Both the position numbers and the translations under genes were made by a program. The notes beneath the pieces were generated by a model. It was not told the origin of the DNA and did not search any database. It worked only from the letters and a program-made list of their open reading frames with translations. Positions 12,705-26,572 of a DNA stretch of 64,000 nt are shown in pieces (within the stretch, counting starts at the first letter, position 1; every line of letters begins with the position of its first letter). Where the stretch lies: assembly GCA_964016885.1 (NCBI GenBank), contig OZ024742.1:22878001-22942000 (forward strand), read 5' to 3'. Source of the DNA: Eledone cirrhosa. Its lineage: Eukaryota.

Positions 12705-13265
12705 AGTTGGCGAATTGGCAGAGATATTAAAACATCTGATAGAATGTTTTGCGGTATTCGTACGCCTCTCAGCTTTCCGCGTTCAAATCTCCCTAAGATC
12801 TACTTTGACTTCCATCCATTCGAGGTCAATAGAAAGTACAGTCTAGTACTAGGGTCGATTCTTCCTGTATATCTCTTGCTCCCTTCCTCTCTTTTACTTT
12901 CTATCCTTCTCTGGAAGAAATCTGCTGTGTTCAGACCTGGAAAGGAGATGAGCTCCGCCAGGCTTACAACATATACCCAACAAACGACGTATGACACTAC
13001 AACGCCCCTACAACTCCGCCTGGAGGTATGGGACCATACCATTACCTTAGAGTGGTAGATTGACAGAATCGGTAGAACGTCAGACAAAATCTTTTGCCGT
13101 AATTAGTTACGTCATTTTATTTTCAGTGTTCAAATCTTACCGAAGTTTAATTTTCATCCTTACGAGGTCGATGAAATACATTACCAGTAATGCACTGGGG
13201 TCGATTTATTGGATGTTTCCCTTTCATTTTAAATTGCTGGCCTTGCAACAAAAGTAGAAGCAATT
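12705..13265 (+). mobile_element. Two older, degenerate Meta-type SINE copies (about 12705-12860 and 13050-13265)
   Basis: Decayed A/B boxes and ttcatcc...ggtcga...taccag body. Confidence 0.65.
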
Positions 13266-13348
13266 ATTTTCTTTTGAATTGCTTACCAGGTAGAAATTTG
13301 ACTTGTATATTTTCTCGTTCTTTAATGAAAGACTTTGCCTCTCTATTG

Positions 13349-13553
13349 TAATAGTCTTGATCACTTGATTCTCCTACTTCACACTCCAAAAGCTGTGACC
13401 CTAAAAAAAAAAAGACCCAAAACATTTTTGTATTTTAAAATACAAATTTTTTTTTCTTTTAGATTTTTACCTCAACGAGATAAAAAAATAAGTAAAATAA
13501 GGGTGAGAGCTTTTGGAGTGTGATGTAGGAGAACCATATGATCAAGACTATTA
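13349..13553. repeat. Fold-back/MITE-like inverted repeat, arms about 55 bp
   Basis: taatagtcttgatca...ctccaaaagct..accct versus agggt..agcttttggag...tgatcaagactatta. Confidence 0.8.
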
Positions 13554-13747
13554 TGAATCAAACAATACAACATTTCTTTAATTATTTTCCTCACACGAAA
13601 AGAATGTTCTTCTGCCGCCTAGGAGATCAGGTAGTCACAACAAGAACAACAGCAACAAATTAACTCAAGAAGAAGACATCCTGCTGAAATATTGAAATCC
13701 ATGAAAATACAACACATCTTTCCCACATGTAGTGGATTCAGGGCAAA

Positions 13748-14163
13748 TCACCAACACCACCACTACCACCGCCACCACCAATACCACCACTACCACCGCT
13801 ACAAACCACCACCATTACCACCGCCACACCACCACCACACCACCACCACCAGCACTCCCACCCCATATCCCACCACCACCACCACCACACCACCACACCA
13901 CCAAACCACCGGACTACCACACCACCACCAAACCACCACACCACCAGACCACCACACCACCACACCATCACCACTACCACACCACCACCACACTACCACA
14001 CCACCACCACCACACCACCACCACCACCACCACCACACCACCACACCACCACCACCAACAACAACACCACCACACAGCCACAACACCACCACCACTACCA
14101 CCACACCTCCACCGCCACCACCACTGCCACCACTACCACACCACCGCACCACCACACCACCAT
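13748..14163. repeat. Cryptic (CCA)n/(CACCA)n simple repeat
   Basis: Direct inspection; source of the spurious His/Pro/Thr ORFs. Confidence 0.95.
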
Positions 14164-14379
14164 CTGTAGATTAGAGAAAGACAAGAAGACGTCTATGTGA
14201 GGGAGTCAAGCTAATCGTGATCTTGTCTTCTTGTGAGGGTCTCAATGATTACCCATCTGAAGCCTCCGCCCTCCCACTGTTGGGGAATATGCTTTGTTAC
14301 ATATATAACTTAGTATTAAATATATATAAACTTTAGCGATACAATGTACAATTAATATTTGTTGGATAATTATATAATC

Positions 14380-14560
14380 GTTTCTACTATTGGCACGAGG
14401 CCAGCAAACACCAGTGCATTACTGGTACTTTATTTTATCGATCCCGTAAGGATGAAAGGCAAAGTTACCCTCGGCGGGATTTAACTCAGAATGGAAAGGG
14501 CCGTCACACTATGCGTCAAAGCATGGCGTCCGATCCCCTACAGATACTGACAATTCAAAT
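14380..14560 (-). mobile_element. Meta-type SINE
   Basis: Reverse complement of the family consensus. Confidence 0.85.
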
Positions 14561-15269
14561 GACACATACTCTCGGGTTTCGAATAATGCCCCCCCCCCCC
14601 ACCTCTTATTAATTTTCCAGATTTTTTCCAACACCATCAATGTAATTCCACCACCACAGTTACACCCCCCCACTCATTAATTTTTGCTAATCTATATCTA
14701 GTGAAATTTTATTTTAAGTGGTAACATTCCTTTGAGAATTAATTTTCTTCAGACATTAAATCACATTAATACATGACAAACAAAAAAAGTACACTACGAC
14801 AAATACCATACATTATAAAATAAACGGGTTGGGCTCTTAATATGTAAACTAAACGAGTATTTCTGGTTTTTAAAAAATCGTACAATTACCGATTTTCCAA
14901 CACCCCTCTTATTCCAACTCTGCCCCTATTATGTGGGTCCCGAGAATACAGAATGAAAAAGAAAATGGACCAATGCTGATAGTAGTAGTTAATAAAAGAC
15001 AAAGAAAGCAAACACAAAAGAAAAAGAAAAGGGAGGGGAAAGAGCAAGGATTGTTAAACTACCTAAGAAAGGGAGAAGGAGAAAGGGTGACAGACTCTAC
15101 ACCTAAGTCAGTACAGTGTTTCAGCTGAGCTCTGTCGACAAAGGGAGAAGGAGAGAGGGTGACAGACTCTACACTAAGTCAGTACAGTGTTTCGGCTGCG
15201 CTCTGCCGACAAAATATCATTGTAATTGAAATTCAGATTCAGGTCCTCTTCGTAGTATATGGTAGTCAA

Positions 15270-15610
15270 TGCCATTTAAAAAGAATTAATGAAACGATAG
15301 TCAATGTCATTTTCTTCAGAGAAAACAATAGCGAATTGAGAAATCACAGCTCCGATACCATGGACATGGTGTTAGAATATCTCAGAAAAGAATCACTGCA
15401 TAGATTTTACGGGCAAAAACCAACCGGCAAAAGAGACCCAGGAGTAAACCCTGAGCAAGATGGTTGGATAACATACATGAGCTTGGTTAATCTCGCTTGG
15501 GGATCCAGTCAGATCAATTGGAGACGATTGCTTCTGACATGACCTGCTGGAAGGAGTGTTTGAGGACTCTGCCCCCACGACCCTCTCAGGAATAAGTGAG
15601 TGAAGAAAAA
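15270..15610 (+). mobile_element. 3' fragment of an RTE-type LINE
   Basis: Broken frame RIEKSQLRYHGHGVR...GKRPRSKP*ARWLDNI, the typical RTE ORF C-terminus. Confidence 0.72.
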
Positions 15611-15975
15611 GAAAAAGAGAATAAAACGTGTAAGGATCTGGAAAAGATGAAAGGCGAAGATGCCAGATCTGAACACAGAGTAGCGCTATGAGCTGCAACA
15701 CAGAGTAGCGCTATGAGCTGCAACAAATACCAAGGCGTTTTCGACACTAACAACTCTGCTGCTTCAACGGCATATTTATACATACATATACATACACACA
15801 CACGTATGTGTATGCATATATATATATATATATATATACATGCATACATATATGCACATACATATATGCATGTATGCATATATATATATATAAAGAGAGA
15901 GATAGAGATAAATATATGCATAATGTATAAATATACACAACCACACACATCATATATATATATAGACACACACAT

Positions 15976-16050
<75 letters not shown>

Positions 16051-16133
16051 TATATATATATAAAGACACAAAATAGAAGCAATACTCATAAATATGTATT
16101 CATAGAAACATATATGTGTTTGAGTATGTTTTT

Positions 16134-16682
16134 TGCATGAGCGTATATGTATACATCTATGCATCTCTGCGTCTATGTGTATGCATGTGAGCGTATATGT
16201 ATACATCTATGCATCTCTGCGTCTATGTGTATGCATGTGAGCGTATATGTATACATCTATGCATCTCTGCGTCTATGTGTATGCATGTGAGCGTATATGT
16301 ATACATCTATGCATCTCTGCGTCTATGTGTATGCATGTGAGCGTATATGTATACATCTATGCATCTCTGCGTCTATGTGTATGCATGTGAGCGTATATGT
16401 ATACATCTATGCATCTCTGCGTCTATGTGTATGCATGTGAGCGTATATGCATACATTTATGCATCTATGCGTCTATGTGTATGCATGTGAGCGTATATGT
16501 ATACATCTATGCATCTATGCGTCTATGTGTATGCATGTGAGCGTATATGCATACATTTATGCATCTATGCGTCTATGTGTATGCATGTGAGCGTATATGC
16601 ATACATTTATGCATCTATGCGTCTATGTGTATGCATGTGAGCGTATATGCATACATTTATGCATCTATGCGTCTATGTGTAT
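16134..16682. repeat. 50-bp tandem minisatellite, about 11 copies
   Basis: Unit atgcatgtgagcgtatatgtatacatctatgcatctctgcgtctatgtgt. Confidence 0.97.
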
Positions 16683-17132
16683 ATATGTGTGCGTTGATAC
16701 GTTCCTTTATGCAATACAATAATCCAGAATGCAGGAATCCCATCCAATATATTGATAGTACGTTAGCATCTAGATGTTTCTTATATTAGCAAGACAACAA
16801 TATATGTTTATAGATTTTTCCTTTGCAAATCAATCCTCCGACTGAACGAAATCTAGATGATGTAAATGAAGAAAATATCAGGAATTTCTACTCCTCCTAC
16901 ACTACCATATGTAATATTGTTTTTGTATTGATTTTTTTCTGGGGTGGGGGGCGGAAAGGAGGCATTGGTTCCCTGCTTGATGACATTGGATTACTTGGCA
17001 GTGATTAAAAATATATTGAGTGTGTGTGCTTGACATGTTTAGGTCATAGGATTTCTCAGGCAAAACATATATATAGATACACACACACGCATATATATAT
17101 ATATATGTATATATATATGTATATATATGTAT

Positions 17133-17196
<64 letters not shown>

Positions 17197-17359
17197 TTAC
17201 ACATGCCTATAGAAAAACATGGTCACTTACGCATAAATGTGTATAGGCGCACACACAAACATGCACACATTTATATGTGTGTGTGCACACACAAACATAC
17301 ACACATTTATATGTGTATATATAAGGAACACACACACACACAGACACACACACACACAC

Positions 17360-17396
<37 letters not shown>

Positions 17397-17502
17397 TACA
17401 CACATATATATATAAATATATATATATATATTTATTAAAATACCAAATTAAAGTTTAAGCAAAGAATCGCTGCTCTACGGTTCTTATATATTTGATATAT
17501 TA

Positions 17503-17583
<81 letters not shown>

Positions 17584-17798
17584 GTGTGTGTGTGTGTTCC
17601 TTACATATATATATAACAAAGTAATTATTCAGGTAAATGAATATTTATGCCGATAACCTGAAGCTCGAGTAAGTTACTTTACTTCTTTTTTTTTTACATA
17701 TATGTACTGTATATTTGTAGAAAGATATGTTAGAGGTGCAACATCGCCTATCTTTATCTTTGCTATATTTTGTATTATTATTATTAATATTATTATTG

Positions 17799-18315
17799 GG
17801 CGGTGGATTGGCAGTATCGGTAGAGGGTCGGACGCCATGCTTTCCCGCATAGTTACGTCCCTTTACGATCTGAGTTCAAATCCCGCCGAGGTTGACTTTG
17901 CCTTTCATCCTTACAGGGTCGATAAAATAAAGTACCAGTAATGAACTGGGTAATTGCTGGCCTTGTGCCTAAAGTAGAAACAATTATTAAAGCATCGGAC
18001 AGCATGCTTTGTGGCATAGAGTTACGGCCCTTTTCCTTCTGAGTTCAAATCTCGCCGAAGTTAGCTTTGTCTTTCATCGTTAAGTGGTCGATAAAATAAA
18101 GCACCAATAATGCACTGGGGTCGATTTATTCGACTTTCCCCGCCCCTAATATTGCTGTACTTGTACCTAAACCCCAAACCCTTATTATCATTATTTCTGG
18201 ATTGACAGTATCGGTAGAGCGTCGGACATCCATCCTTTACGTTCTGAGTTCAAATTCCGCCGTGGTTAACATTTTCTTTCATCTTTACGCGGTCGATAAA
18301 ATAAAGTACAAGTTA
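17799..18315 (+). mobile_element. Three head-to-tail Meta-type SINE copies (about 17799-17985, 17990-18180, 18198-18315)
   Basis: Repeated B box and Meta-type body. Confidence 0.85.
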
Positions 18316-18519
18316 TAGCTAACATGATAGAGGCTGGAACTGGATTGATTTGATAAAATGTGGAAAGCATTGACTTGGCATTGTAAAAGGAACAGCTAAT
18401 TCAATGGATGATATAATATAGAAATCCCCTGAAATTTCTGGCTTTGTGCCTATGTTAGAAATCCTCATCATCATCATCTATAGCAACATTATCATAATTA
18501 TTATGATGGAGTAGAATTG

Positions 18520-18895
18520 TTTTGGGACCTCGAGATCAAGACCTCAAAGTCCAACATAACCACCCTGATATTGTAAAAGCAATCAACTCCATAAAATGGA
18601 TTCTAATGGATATAGTGGTCCCCGAAGACCACGATGTGGATGAAAAGGAAATGGAAAAGATCAATAACTATGCAGACCTTCCCAGAGCTATTAGAACTAA
18701 GCACCATGTAGAGACAAATGTTATGCCAATCGTCATTGGGGTGCTAGGCAGGGTCTCGAAACACCTTACGCCTTTCATCAAATGCCTTTGGATCCCTGAC
18801 TTCATAGTCAGTGCTCAAATGTCTAGGACTGCACGAATGCTGCGTGATATATTGAACCTCTCAGGATCAGGGACTGACCTGAAGCTATTTAACGT
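18520..18895 (+). mobile_element. 3' fragment of a restriction-like-endonuclease LINE (R4/Dong/NeSL type)
   Basis: HNHPDIV...ILMDIVVP...KEMEKINNYADL...VMPIVIGVLG, the PD-(D/E)xK RLE domain pattern. Confidence 0.8.
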
Positions 18896-18954
18896 TTCAC
18901 ATGGCAACTGATTGCTAGATTAACCTTACAAAATATATGATATTATTATTCCAG

Positions 18955-19134
18955 GGCAGTGAATTGGCAGTAACGGTAGAACGTCGGACGCCATGCTTTG
19001 CAGCATAGTTACGGCCCTTTATGATCTGAGTTTAAATCCCGTCGAGGTTAACTTTGCTTTTCATCCTTACTGGGTCGATAAAATAAAGTACCAGTAATAC
19101 ACTGGGTAATTGCTAGCCAAATGTAGAAATAATA
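18955..19134 (+). mobile_element. Meta-type SINE with TSD (attattattccagg on both sides)
   Basis: Family consensus; flanking duplication. Confidence 0.85.
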
Positions 19135-19743
19135 ATTATTATTCCAGGCGTCTCTGCTAAGTGTTTTGTTCATTCTCCAGGTAGGAATAGTGATATCATA
19201 AAAAACACCTTCAGTCATTTATTGGGAAAACAATTCACTTACACACACACAAATACATATATAGAGATAGAGGGAGTAGGAGATAGAAAAAGTGAGAGAA
19301 AGGGGTGGGGGGGGGGGGGGGGTTGAAAAAAAAAGAAGGGAGAAGTGTGTGTGAGATAGAGAGGGAGAGAAGAGGTGCTAGATAGAGAGAGAAACAGAGA
19401 AAGAAGGGGTACAAGATAGTGAAAGAGAGCAAGGAGGAGATGCGAGAAGGAGAAAGAGAGTGAGAAAGATGTTAGAAGAAATAACAGAATTATCAATGTA
19501 CCACCGTGAGTGTGTACCGGAATCTAACTGTGTTAACATAAATTACACACAAGTTAGAACACCGAACTCTGTGGGATATTTTATAATGAATTATGGTAAA
19601 TGAAAGAGAAATAGTTTAGTCTTGCTAGCAAATACCAATGTTGATGTATGTGTTGTTAGTTTTTTTATATTCGTTGCATTTTCATCAATATTTAGAGTTG
19701 AATAAAATATATTTCAATTACATTCTCTTTCTCCTCGCCCCTC

Positions 19744-19890
<147 letters not shown>

Positions 19891-20116
19891 TCTGCATTGG
19901 AAAACTTTCGAATTTCAAATATCAAATTTTTTCAATAATTCCTAAATGAATCAGCTGTTTACACTTCTAGCTACAGGCGTAAACTATTTCAAAAAGACAA
20001 TATTGGTGACAAATGACGTTTTAGTGTCGTGGTAAACGCACTCATCCGTCTTCGATAGATGGTATTTTGAATTTTTTGTAGACCCATTTGAATCCCCCTT
20101 TTCTCTTTCAAATAAT

Positions 20117-20301
20117 TGTTTCTACATTTGGCACAAGGCCAGCAATTACCCAATGCATTACTGGTACTTTATTTATCGACCCCGTAAGGATGAAAGGCAA
20201 AGTTAACCTCGGCGGGATTTGAACTCAGATCATACAGGGAGGTAACTCTATGCTTCAAAGCATGGCGTCCGACCCTCTACCGATACTGCCATTCCACCGC
20301 C
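20117..20301 (-). mobile_element. Meta-type SINE with an 18-bp TSD
   Basis: ttttctctttcaaataat at 20099-20116 and 20302-20319. Confidence 0.9.
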
Positions 20302-20339
20302 TTTTCTCTTTCAAATAATATATATATAATATATAAATG

Positions 20340-20660
20340 ACGTAGACATACACTAGAACAGGAGGGAACAATAGTTCCACTGATGATTTTGCAGATGTGC
20401 AACGAAAGAACTTTGATAGACTATATATATATTTATATCTGTATTTTTAACCGTTGGTCAATCAATGATAATTAAATACATTAACTATGGAGATATAAAA
20501 GATACAGAAGCGAAAACCAACGAAACAGTGAGTGTGTTCTGTTATTATATCTGGCAATATTATTACAACAATATGACCCTCCGCAAGTATGACAATATAT
20601 ATATATATATATTGTCATATTTGGGGAGGGTCATATTACTATAATATTGCCAGAAATATA
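20340..20660 (+). mobile_element. Penelope-type pseudo-LTR relic with a hammerhead-like motif and a palindromic end
   Basis: CTGATGA-tTTTGCA(gatg)TGCAAc-GAAA-GAAC-TT at 20380-20413; terminal atgaccctcc.caagtat.acaatat motif shared with family A, present twice in inverted orientation around (TA)n. Confidence 0.6.
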
Positions 20661-20685
20661 TAACATATATGCATATATGTATATA

Positions 20686-20855
20686 CAGTGGCCGACTGGG
20701 TCAAAAAATATTGGCTGGCAGGAGATGAAGGGGGCCCACCTACATATAGAATGCTAGCATTGGCCCCTAAAATACATACTCCAGTGGGCCCTACAATGCT
20801 ACAGTGGACTCCTTGTGCCCATTTGCCACTGGGCAACCTGGACAGTCCGCCACTG
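20686..20855. mobile_element. MITE with CAGTGGC(C/G)GACTG terminal inverted repeats, flanked by TA
   Basis: ta|cagtggccgactg ... cagtccgccactg|ta; partial second copy at about 21700-21800. Confidence 0.78.
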
Positions 20856-20875
20856 TATATATATGTATATATATA

Positions 20876-20952
<77 letters not shown>

Positions 20953-21199
20953 ACAGGGATAAAAAGACGATTATTAGGAAGAAAAAAATATTTTTTTCCC
21001 TTTTTATTTCTTTCTCTCTTTTTTCTGGGTTAGAAAATGATTAAAACGAAATATATTTATATATATAGGAAAAGTAACAAACAAAACCAATAACAAGGAG
21101 TGCAGTTACCAGTGTTTGTTAATAATCAAATTAAATTAATTCAACAGTTAAATACACATAGGAATAATGAGGTTGTTACCAAAGGGGCAGAAGATTGAC

Positions 21200-21642
21200 A
21201 AGTCGACCCTAAATATGAATAATGGCTCTAGGAAAGCCATGAACGTCACCACATCTTTTAAACTTTGATTTTGAAAGTAAGTTTAGAATTATTAATTTTC
21301 ATTATACTTTTGCAGTTGTCTCGGCGGCCTAGTTAGAGGAATCATAGGCGGTGGTGATCCTGGTCTGAAGTTCGATCCTGGTCGAGAGTAGGGTTACCGG
21401 TAAACCTTTTCAGTTTTTTTTCTATGGGATGCAAAATAAAACTGGAAAAAGTCATACGAACCTCCTGACCAGGATTGAACCCAAGGACAGGATCTCCACC
21501 GTCTTTAGTAACTACCGCTAGCCCACATAGACAACTACGAGAATCTTAAGAAAATTCATACTTATAAACCTACTTTCAAAAGTTTCAAACCAAAGTGATG
21601 CGGTGTCTTTCTTAATGTTTTGCTCCAACTTAAGGTCGACTT
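21200..21642. repeat. Old fold-back element with two convergent tRNA-like units
   Basis: aagtcgacc.taa / tta.ggtcgactt ends; diverged arms of about 190 bp, each with A-box-like and B-box-like motifs. Confidence 0.65.
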
Positions 21643-21823
21643 CTTAGTCATTTGTGTGTTCCATAAACTTTCTTTCTCTGAGACATCAGGCATTTTAAGA
21701 AAGCTAAGCATTTGCCCCTAAAATACTACAGTGGGCCCTGCAATGTTACTTGGGGCCAACTTACCATTGGGCATTCTGGCAACCTGGCCAGGCTTCCACT
21801 CTCTCTCTCTTTCTCTCTCTCTA

Positions 21824-21870
<47 letters not shown>

Positions 21871-21960
21871 TATATATATAATATATATATATATATATAA
21901 TATATATATATATATATAATATATATATATATATATAATATATATATATATATAATATAT

Positions 21961-22013
<53 letters not shown>

Positions 22014-22639
22014 ATATATATATATACATATATAATATATATATATACATATATAATATATATATATATATAATATATATATATACTGCCTAGCCAGAAG
22101 AATTTGTACCCTTGAAGAAGATACGAATAGCAGGAACAAACGCCTACCAGAACTGAGAGAATTTTTGAAAAATATTCCCAAATGCAAATACGAACTGTAA
22201 AAGCAGAAATCTAATTTACTGCATTAAATGCCCGAATTGTGAAGAACTATATGTCGGTCAAACTGGAAATGCATTATGGGAACGTGCACGGGTGCACCGA
22301 CAGCAAATCAGAGACCCCTGAGTAACCATCTAGCAACATGTTGTCAGAAAATATTTATAATATTTCCATTCAACAAACTACACAGCCCAAGTGAAATCAA
22401 GAGAAAAATTAAAGAAAATAATTTTATTGATAAATTCCAACCCAAGTTAAAAGAACACTAATCATACTTAGGGGTATTACTTCTACTATGACTATGCCTA
22501 CGACCATGTCGACTATCACCACTAACAACAATAACAACAACAATAGTAATAATAAAAGTGATGTTGATGTTGATGATTACTGAAGATTTTTTATAAAAAC
22601 CCTAGAAAATGCTATTTTCATCATTTCTAAAAATAACAA

Positions 22640-23045
22640 AACAATTGATGCTTTGGATAGGGTCAAATAGATGTCGTTAGACATGCACAACCAAACGTAA
22701 CGCCTAAACCAATCAGCTTTAGTAATCTAGTGAAACCACACACCGATTGGTCGAAATACAGTTACAAAACTTAGCATTCTCTAGCCCCATTTTGCTGTAT
22801 ATAAGGCACAGATTTTACCCATCTCATTACAGTCAACTTGACTGTCACCACTGAATATGAACCTGAAGATTGCAAAAGCATGAAAGTACTTGTTCAATTA
22901 ACATTTAACATGTAACATTCTACCATACTATTTCATTATCATATCATTATAATTTTAAACGATTGTAAATAAAACGAGTAAATCAGACAAAGTTGGAAGT
23001 CCTTTTATTAATATAATCTTCTATACACAATCATACACACCCGTG
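22640..23045 (+). mobile_element. Non-coding hammerhead-bearing repeat (pseudo-LTR-like); second copy at 27083-27300
   Basis: 22835-23045 aligns with 27083-27300; both end in acacacccgtgta followed by TA-rich repeat; 5' boundary uncertain. Confidence 0.7.
22858..22896 (+). ncRNA. Minimal type I hammerhead ribozyme (U.U at the base of stem II)
   Basis: UGAAC-CUGAAGA-U-UGC(aaaa)GCA-U-GAAA-GUAC-UU^GUUCA; palindromic stem III AGUACU. Confidence 0.78.
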
Positions 23046-23081
<36 letters not shown>

Positions 23082-23544
23082 AATATTGAACTCAAATGAG
23101 ACTCAAAATTGACGAGAGGGAAGATCACATAAATATACTTTAAAATAAAGGAACCTAATAGGAGATATATCTTGCTTTAATATTTCGGTCAAACAGGCGC
23201 TCTTCAGACAATGAAAACAGAATATTGTTCAAGCGTCGAAATAATAACAAATATGAAGCTACTAGTGTGCATTTAGCATGAATGCATCCATATCTATGGA
23301 ATAATGTACTGCTGAGTCAACAACATTCTATGTATTAATAACAATTCATGCTGTCAGTCGAGAAATTGGTTTTCTCACAATAAACAAATCGAAGCCTGTG
23401 TAAATTACATTATTATGATGCACCACGTATTACATATATTCTCCCGCTGAATTCAATAACATTTTTCTCAGCAGTGATTAATTAGAAATAAAGAAAGCTT
23501 CTGCAGAGATCTAATTACGAAAATGACGTCTTGTATATATATAT

Positions 23545-23670
23545 ATATAAGATAAGTTTATCCCGGGTTCAATCGGGGATAACCATAGCAAGTAAGGTAC
23601 TCAATACAAAGCAGAGTATACATATTTAATATAGAAAGGCTTCTACAGGACTAGAACTGTTTCATTCTAT
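23545..23670 (-). repeat. Dispersed repeat of about 125 bp, inverse copy at 30912-31032
   Basis: ggactagaactgtttcattct / agaatgaaacagttctagtcc and gtaaggtactcaatac / gtattgagtaccttac. Confidence 0.75.
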
Positions 23671-23974
23671 TTATACCTTGGGGTGGGGGTGGGGTGGGGG
23701 TTTCATGTTTGTTGGGGGCGGGGGGGGGACTCCTCATAGATAACAAATTAGAATACTTAGCAAACCTCCCAATTTTACATATCAAACGCTTGACACAAAA
23801 AATTGGAATTGAAAAGTTATATATACAGGTAGTGAATTTATAAACTCTAATCATTCCAAAACTAAAAAAGCTCAGCTGAGGGCACAAATAAATTGCTACG
23901 GCCGTCACTGGAACCCGGGGCAATTGTCTTTGTTGCCCAACCCCCTAACCCCGCCAATTAAATCCAGCCCTGAG

Positions 23975-24188
23975 TGTGGTGTAGTGTCAGAATTGGTAGA
24001 ACGTCGAGTAAAATGACATTGTGATAGTCTATCTCTTAATATTCTGAATTCAAATTCTACCGAATCCATCTTTTCATTTCTTCCTTCCAGGGACGACAAA
24101 ATAAAGTAGCAACCAAGTACTGGAATTTTTTTAATCAATTTTGCCTTTCCTTCAAAATTTACTGGTCTTGTGCCTAAATTAGAAATCA
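23975..24188 (+). mobile_element. Degenerate Meta-type SINE
   Basis: Decayed head, B box and tail ctggtcttgtgcctaaattagaaa. Confidence 0.65.
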
Positions 24189-24285
24189 ATGTTTAATTTA
24201 ATGAACTTAGTAGAAGATAATTTAGATGGCTAGAGGCACCACTCACATGTTGTAAACACACTCACATACGCACTCACACACCGGT

Positions 24286-24330
<45 letters not shown>

Positions 24331-24657
24331 CACATACATACACATAAGTGCACAAATCAATCATTTATGCAGATAGATGGAAATATTTAAAGAACTGTAT
24401 TTAAGAAGAACCGGTAGATAATCAGGTTTATTTTTAAACTTCATATAGAGCCCATTCATATGAAGCCAGCGATATTTCAAGCAATGGGCCAGTTATTCAT
24501 GTGAAGTCTTTCAATAATAGATTCATTTATAGAAAGTTCTGATTATAGAATTCTAATACAATTTCTAGAGTAGCCACCATTTCGTTTGTTTCAATGGGAT
24601 ATATATTCTTCTCGCCATTAATGTAAATTATATTTAAAAGCATATAATTATACGTAA

Positions 24658-24710
<53 letters not shown>

Positions 24711-24733
24711 TAGATAGATAGATATATATATGA

Positions 24734-24764
<31 letters not shown>

Positions 24765-24799
24765 TATATACATACGCACGCACAAACACACACACACAC

Positions 24800-24868
<69 letters not shown>

Positions 24869-24905
24869 TATATACATACGCACGCACAAACACACACACA
24901 CACAC

Positions 24906-24965
<60 letters not shown>

Positions 24966-25125
24966 ACACCTTATAAAGGATGTATTTTCTATATGTATGT
25001 ACAGGTATATATATATTTCTGCTGTGTAGCGGGGCTTTGAATGTATGTTTGTATAGCGTTATAGAGAGAGAGAAAGGCAGACAGGTATATAAATAGATAG
25101 AGAGTTAGAGGGGGGAGAACGAGAA

Positions 25126-25194
<69 letters not shown>

Positions 25195-25302
25195 GAACGA
25201 GTCACTGACAGACAGACAGACAGGTAGAGATAAACTTTATTTGACTGGAATCCGTTCGCAACACTCTTTCATACCAAACTACACACACACAAACACACGC
25301 AC

Positions 25303-25382
<80 letters not shown>

Positions 25383-25654
25383 GCATACACACGCACACAC
25401 ACACACACACATACAAGCATACGCGCACCTACACGTACACACACAGACATACACACAGACACACACACACACGCACACATACACACATACTCATGTGCAC
25501 ACACACACATACATACACACACATACACGCACACACAGAGACATGCACACGCATATTCACACGTACACACACACGCACGCATATATATATATATGTATAT
25601 ATGGAAAAAGGGAGAAAAAGACGATTATTAGGAAGAAAAATATATATATTTACG

Positions 25655-25731
<77 letters not shown>

Positions 25732-26472
25732 ATGTGTGTGTGTGTGTGTGTGCGTATATGTGTGCGCGTGTGTGTATGTGTGTGTGTGTGAGAAACATAT
25801 ATGTTTTGTAGCTATTATTAAGTTATTGTCAATGTGAAATTCTCTTTCATTTATTTAACTGAATAGATTTCCCAAAAAATCTCTGCCAAAGTTTGGTTAT
25901 TCCTATGAAAGCACTGTTTGAACCGAGCTATAGAAAATAATATGAACGGCTTCGAAGATATATGAATACTAATGATAACTGTAACAATTGTTGTAACTCC
26001 CCATCAGGGATTTATCATGGGGGACAGAGAAATTAAAAATTATGCACAGTTAATTCTCTGCAAGAGAGAGTTGAGTCTTCTATTAAAAACACATTGGTAA
26101 GTATTAGTAAGGAAATGGTGAATAGCAGCTAGAAATATTCAGGTACATTCGTCTCTAAAGAACAGAGATGTGAGGACAGAATAAAAATATACTAATTTAA
26201 TTATGCCATAATTTTTAGGTATTATAAGACAGGTTTTTCTTTGTGCATGTTTTCTTCTCTCAAACTCTCTGTCTGTTTATCTATCTATTGTATCTATTTC
26301 TTTATTTATATATGTATGTATGCACACACTCACATACACCGAGACACACACACATACAAACACACACATATACACATATATATGTACATGTATACACACA
26401 CATATATATATAAACATATAAATTTACACAAACACAAACATGCGCACGTACACACACCTATATGTATATATA

Positions 26473-26572
<100 letters not shown>

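Noticed and set aside
13692-14174. Extensin- or mucin-like Pro/His/Thr ORFs
   Set aside because: Cryptic CCA repeat open in many frames.
16134-16682. CRISPR-like regular repeats (also 38754-39178 and 58125-58815)
   Set aside because: No unique spacers of constant length, no cas genes, eukaryotic context.
17799-17890. tRNA genes at SINE heads (also 59053-59125)
   Set aside because: A/B boxes are present but continue into SINE body and tail with TSDs; no proper cloverleaf.
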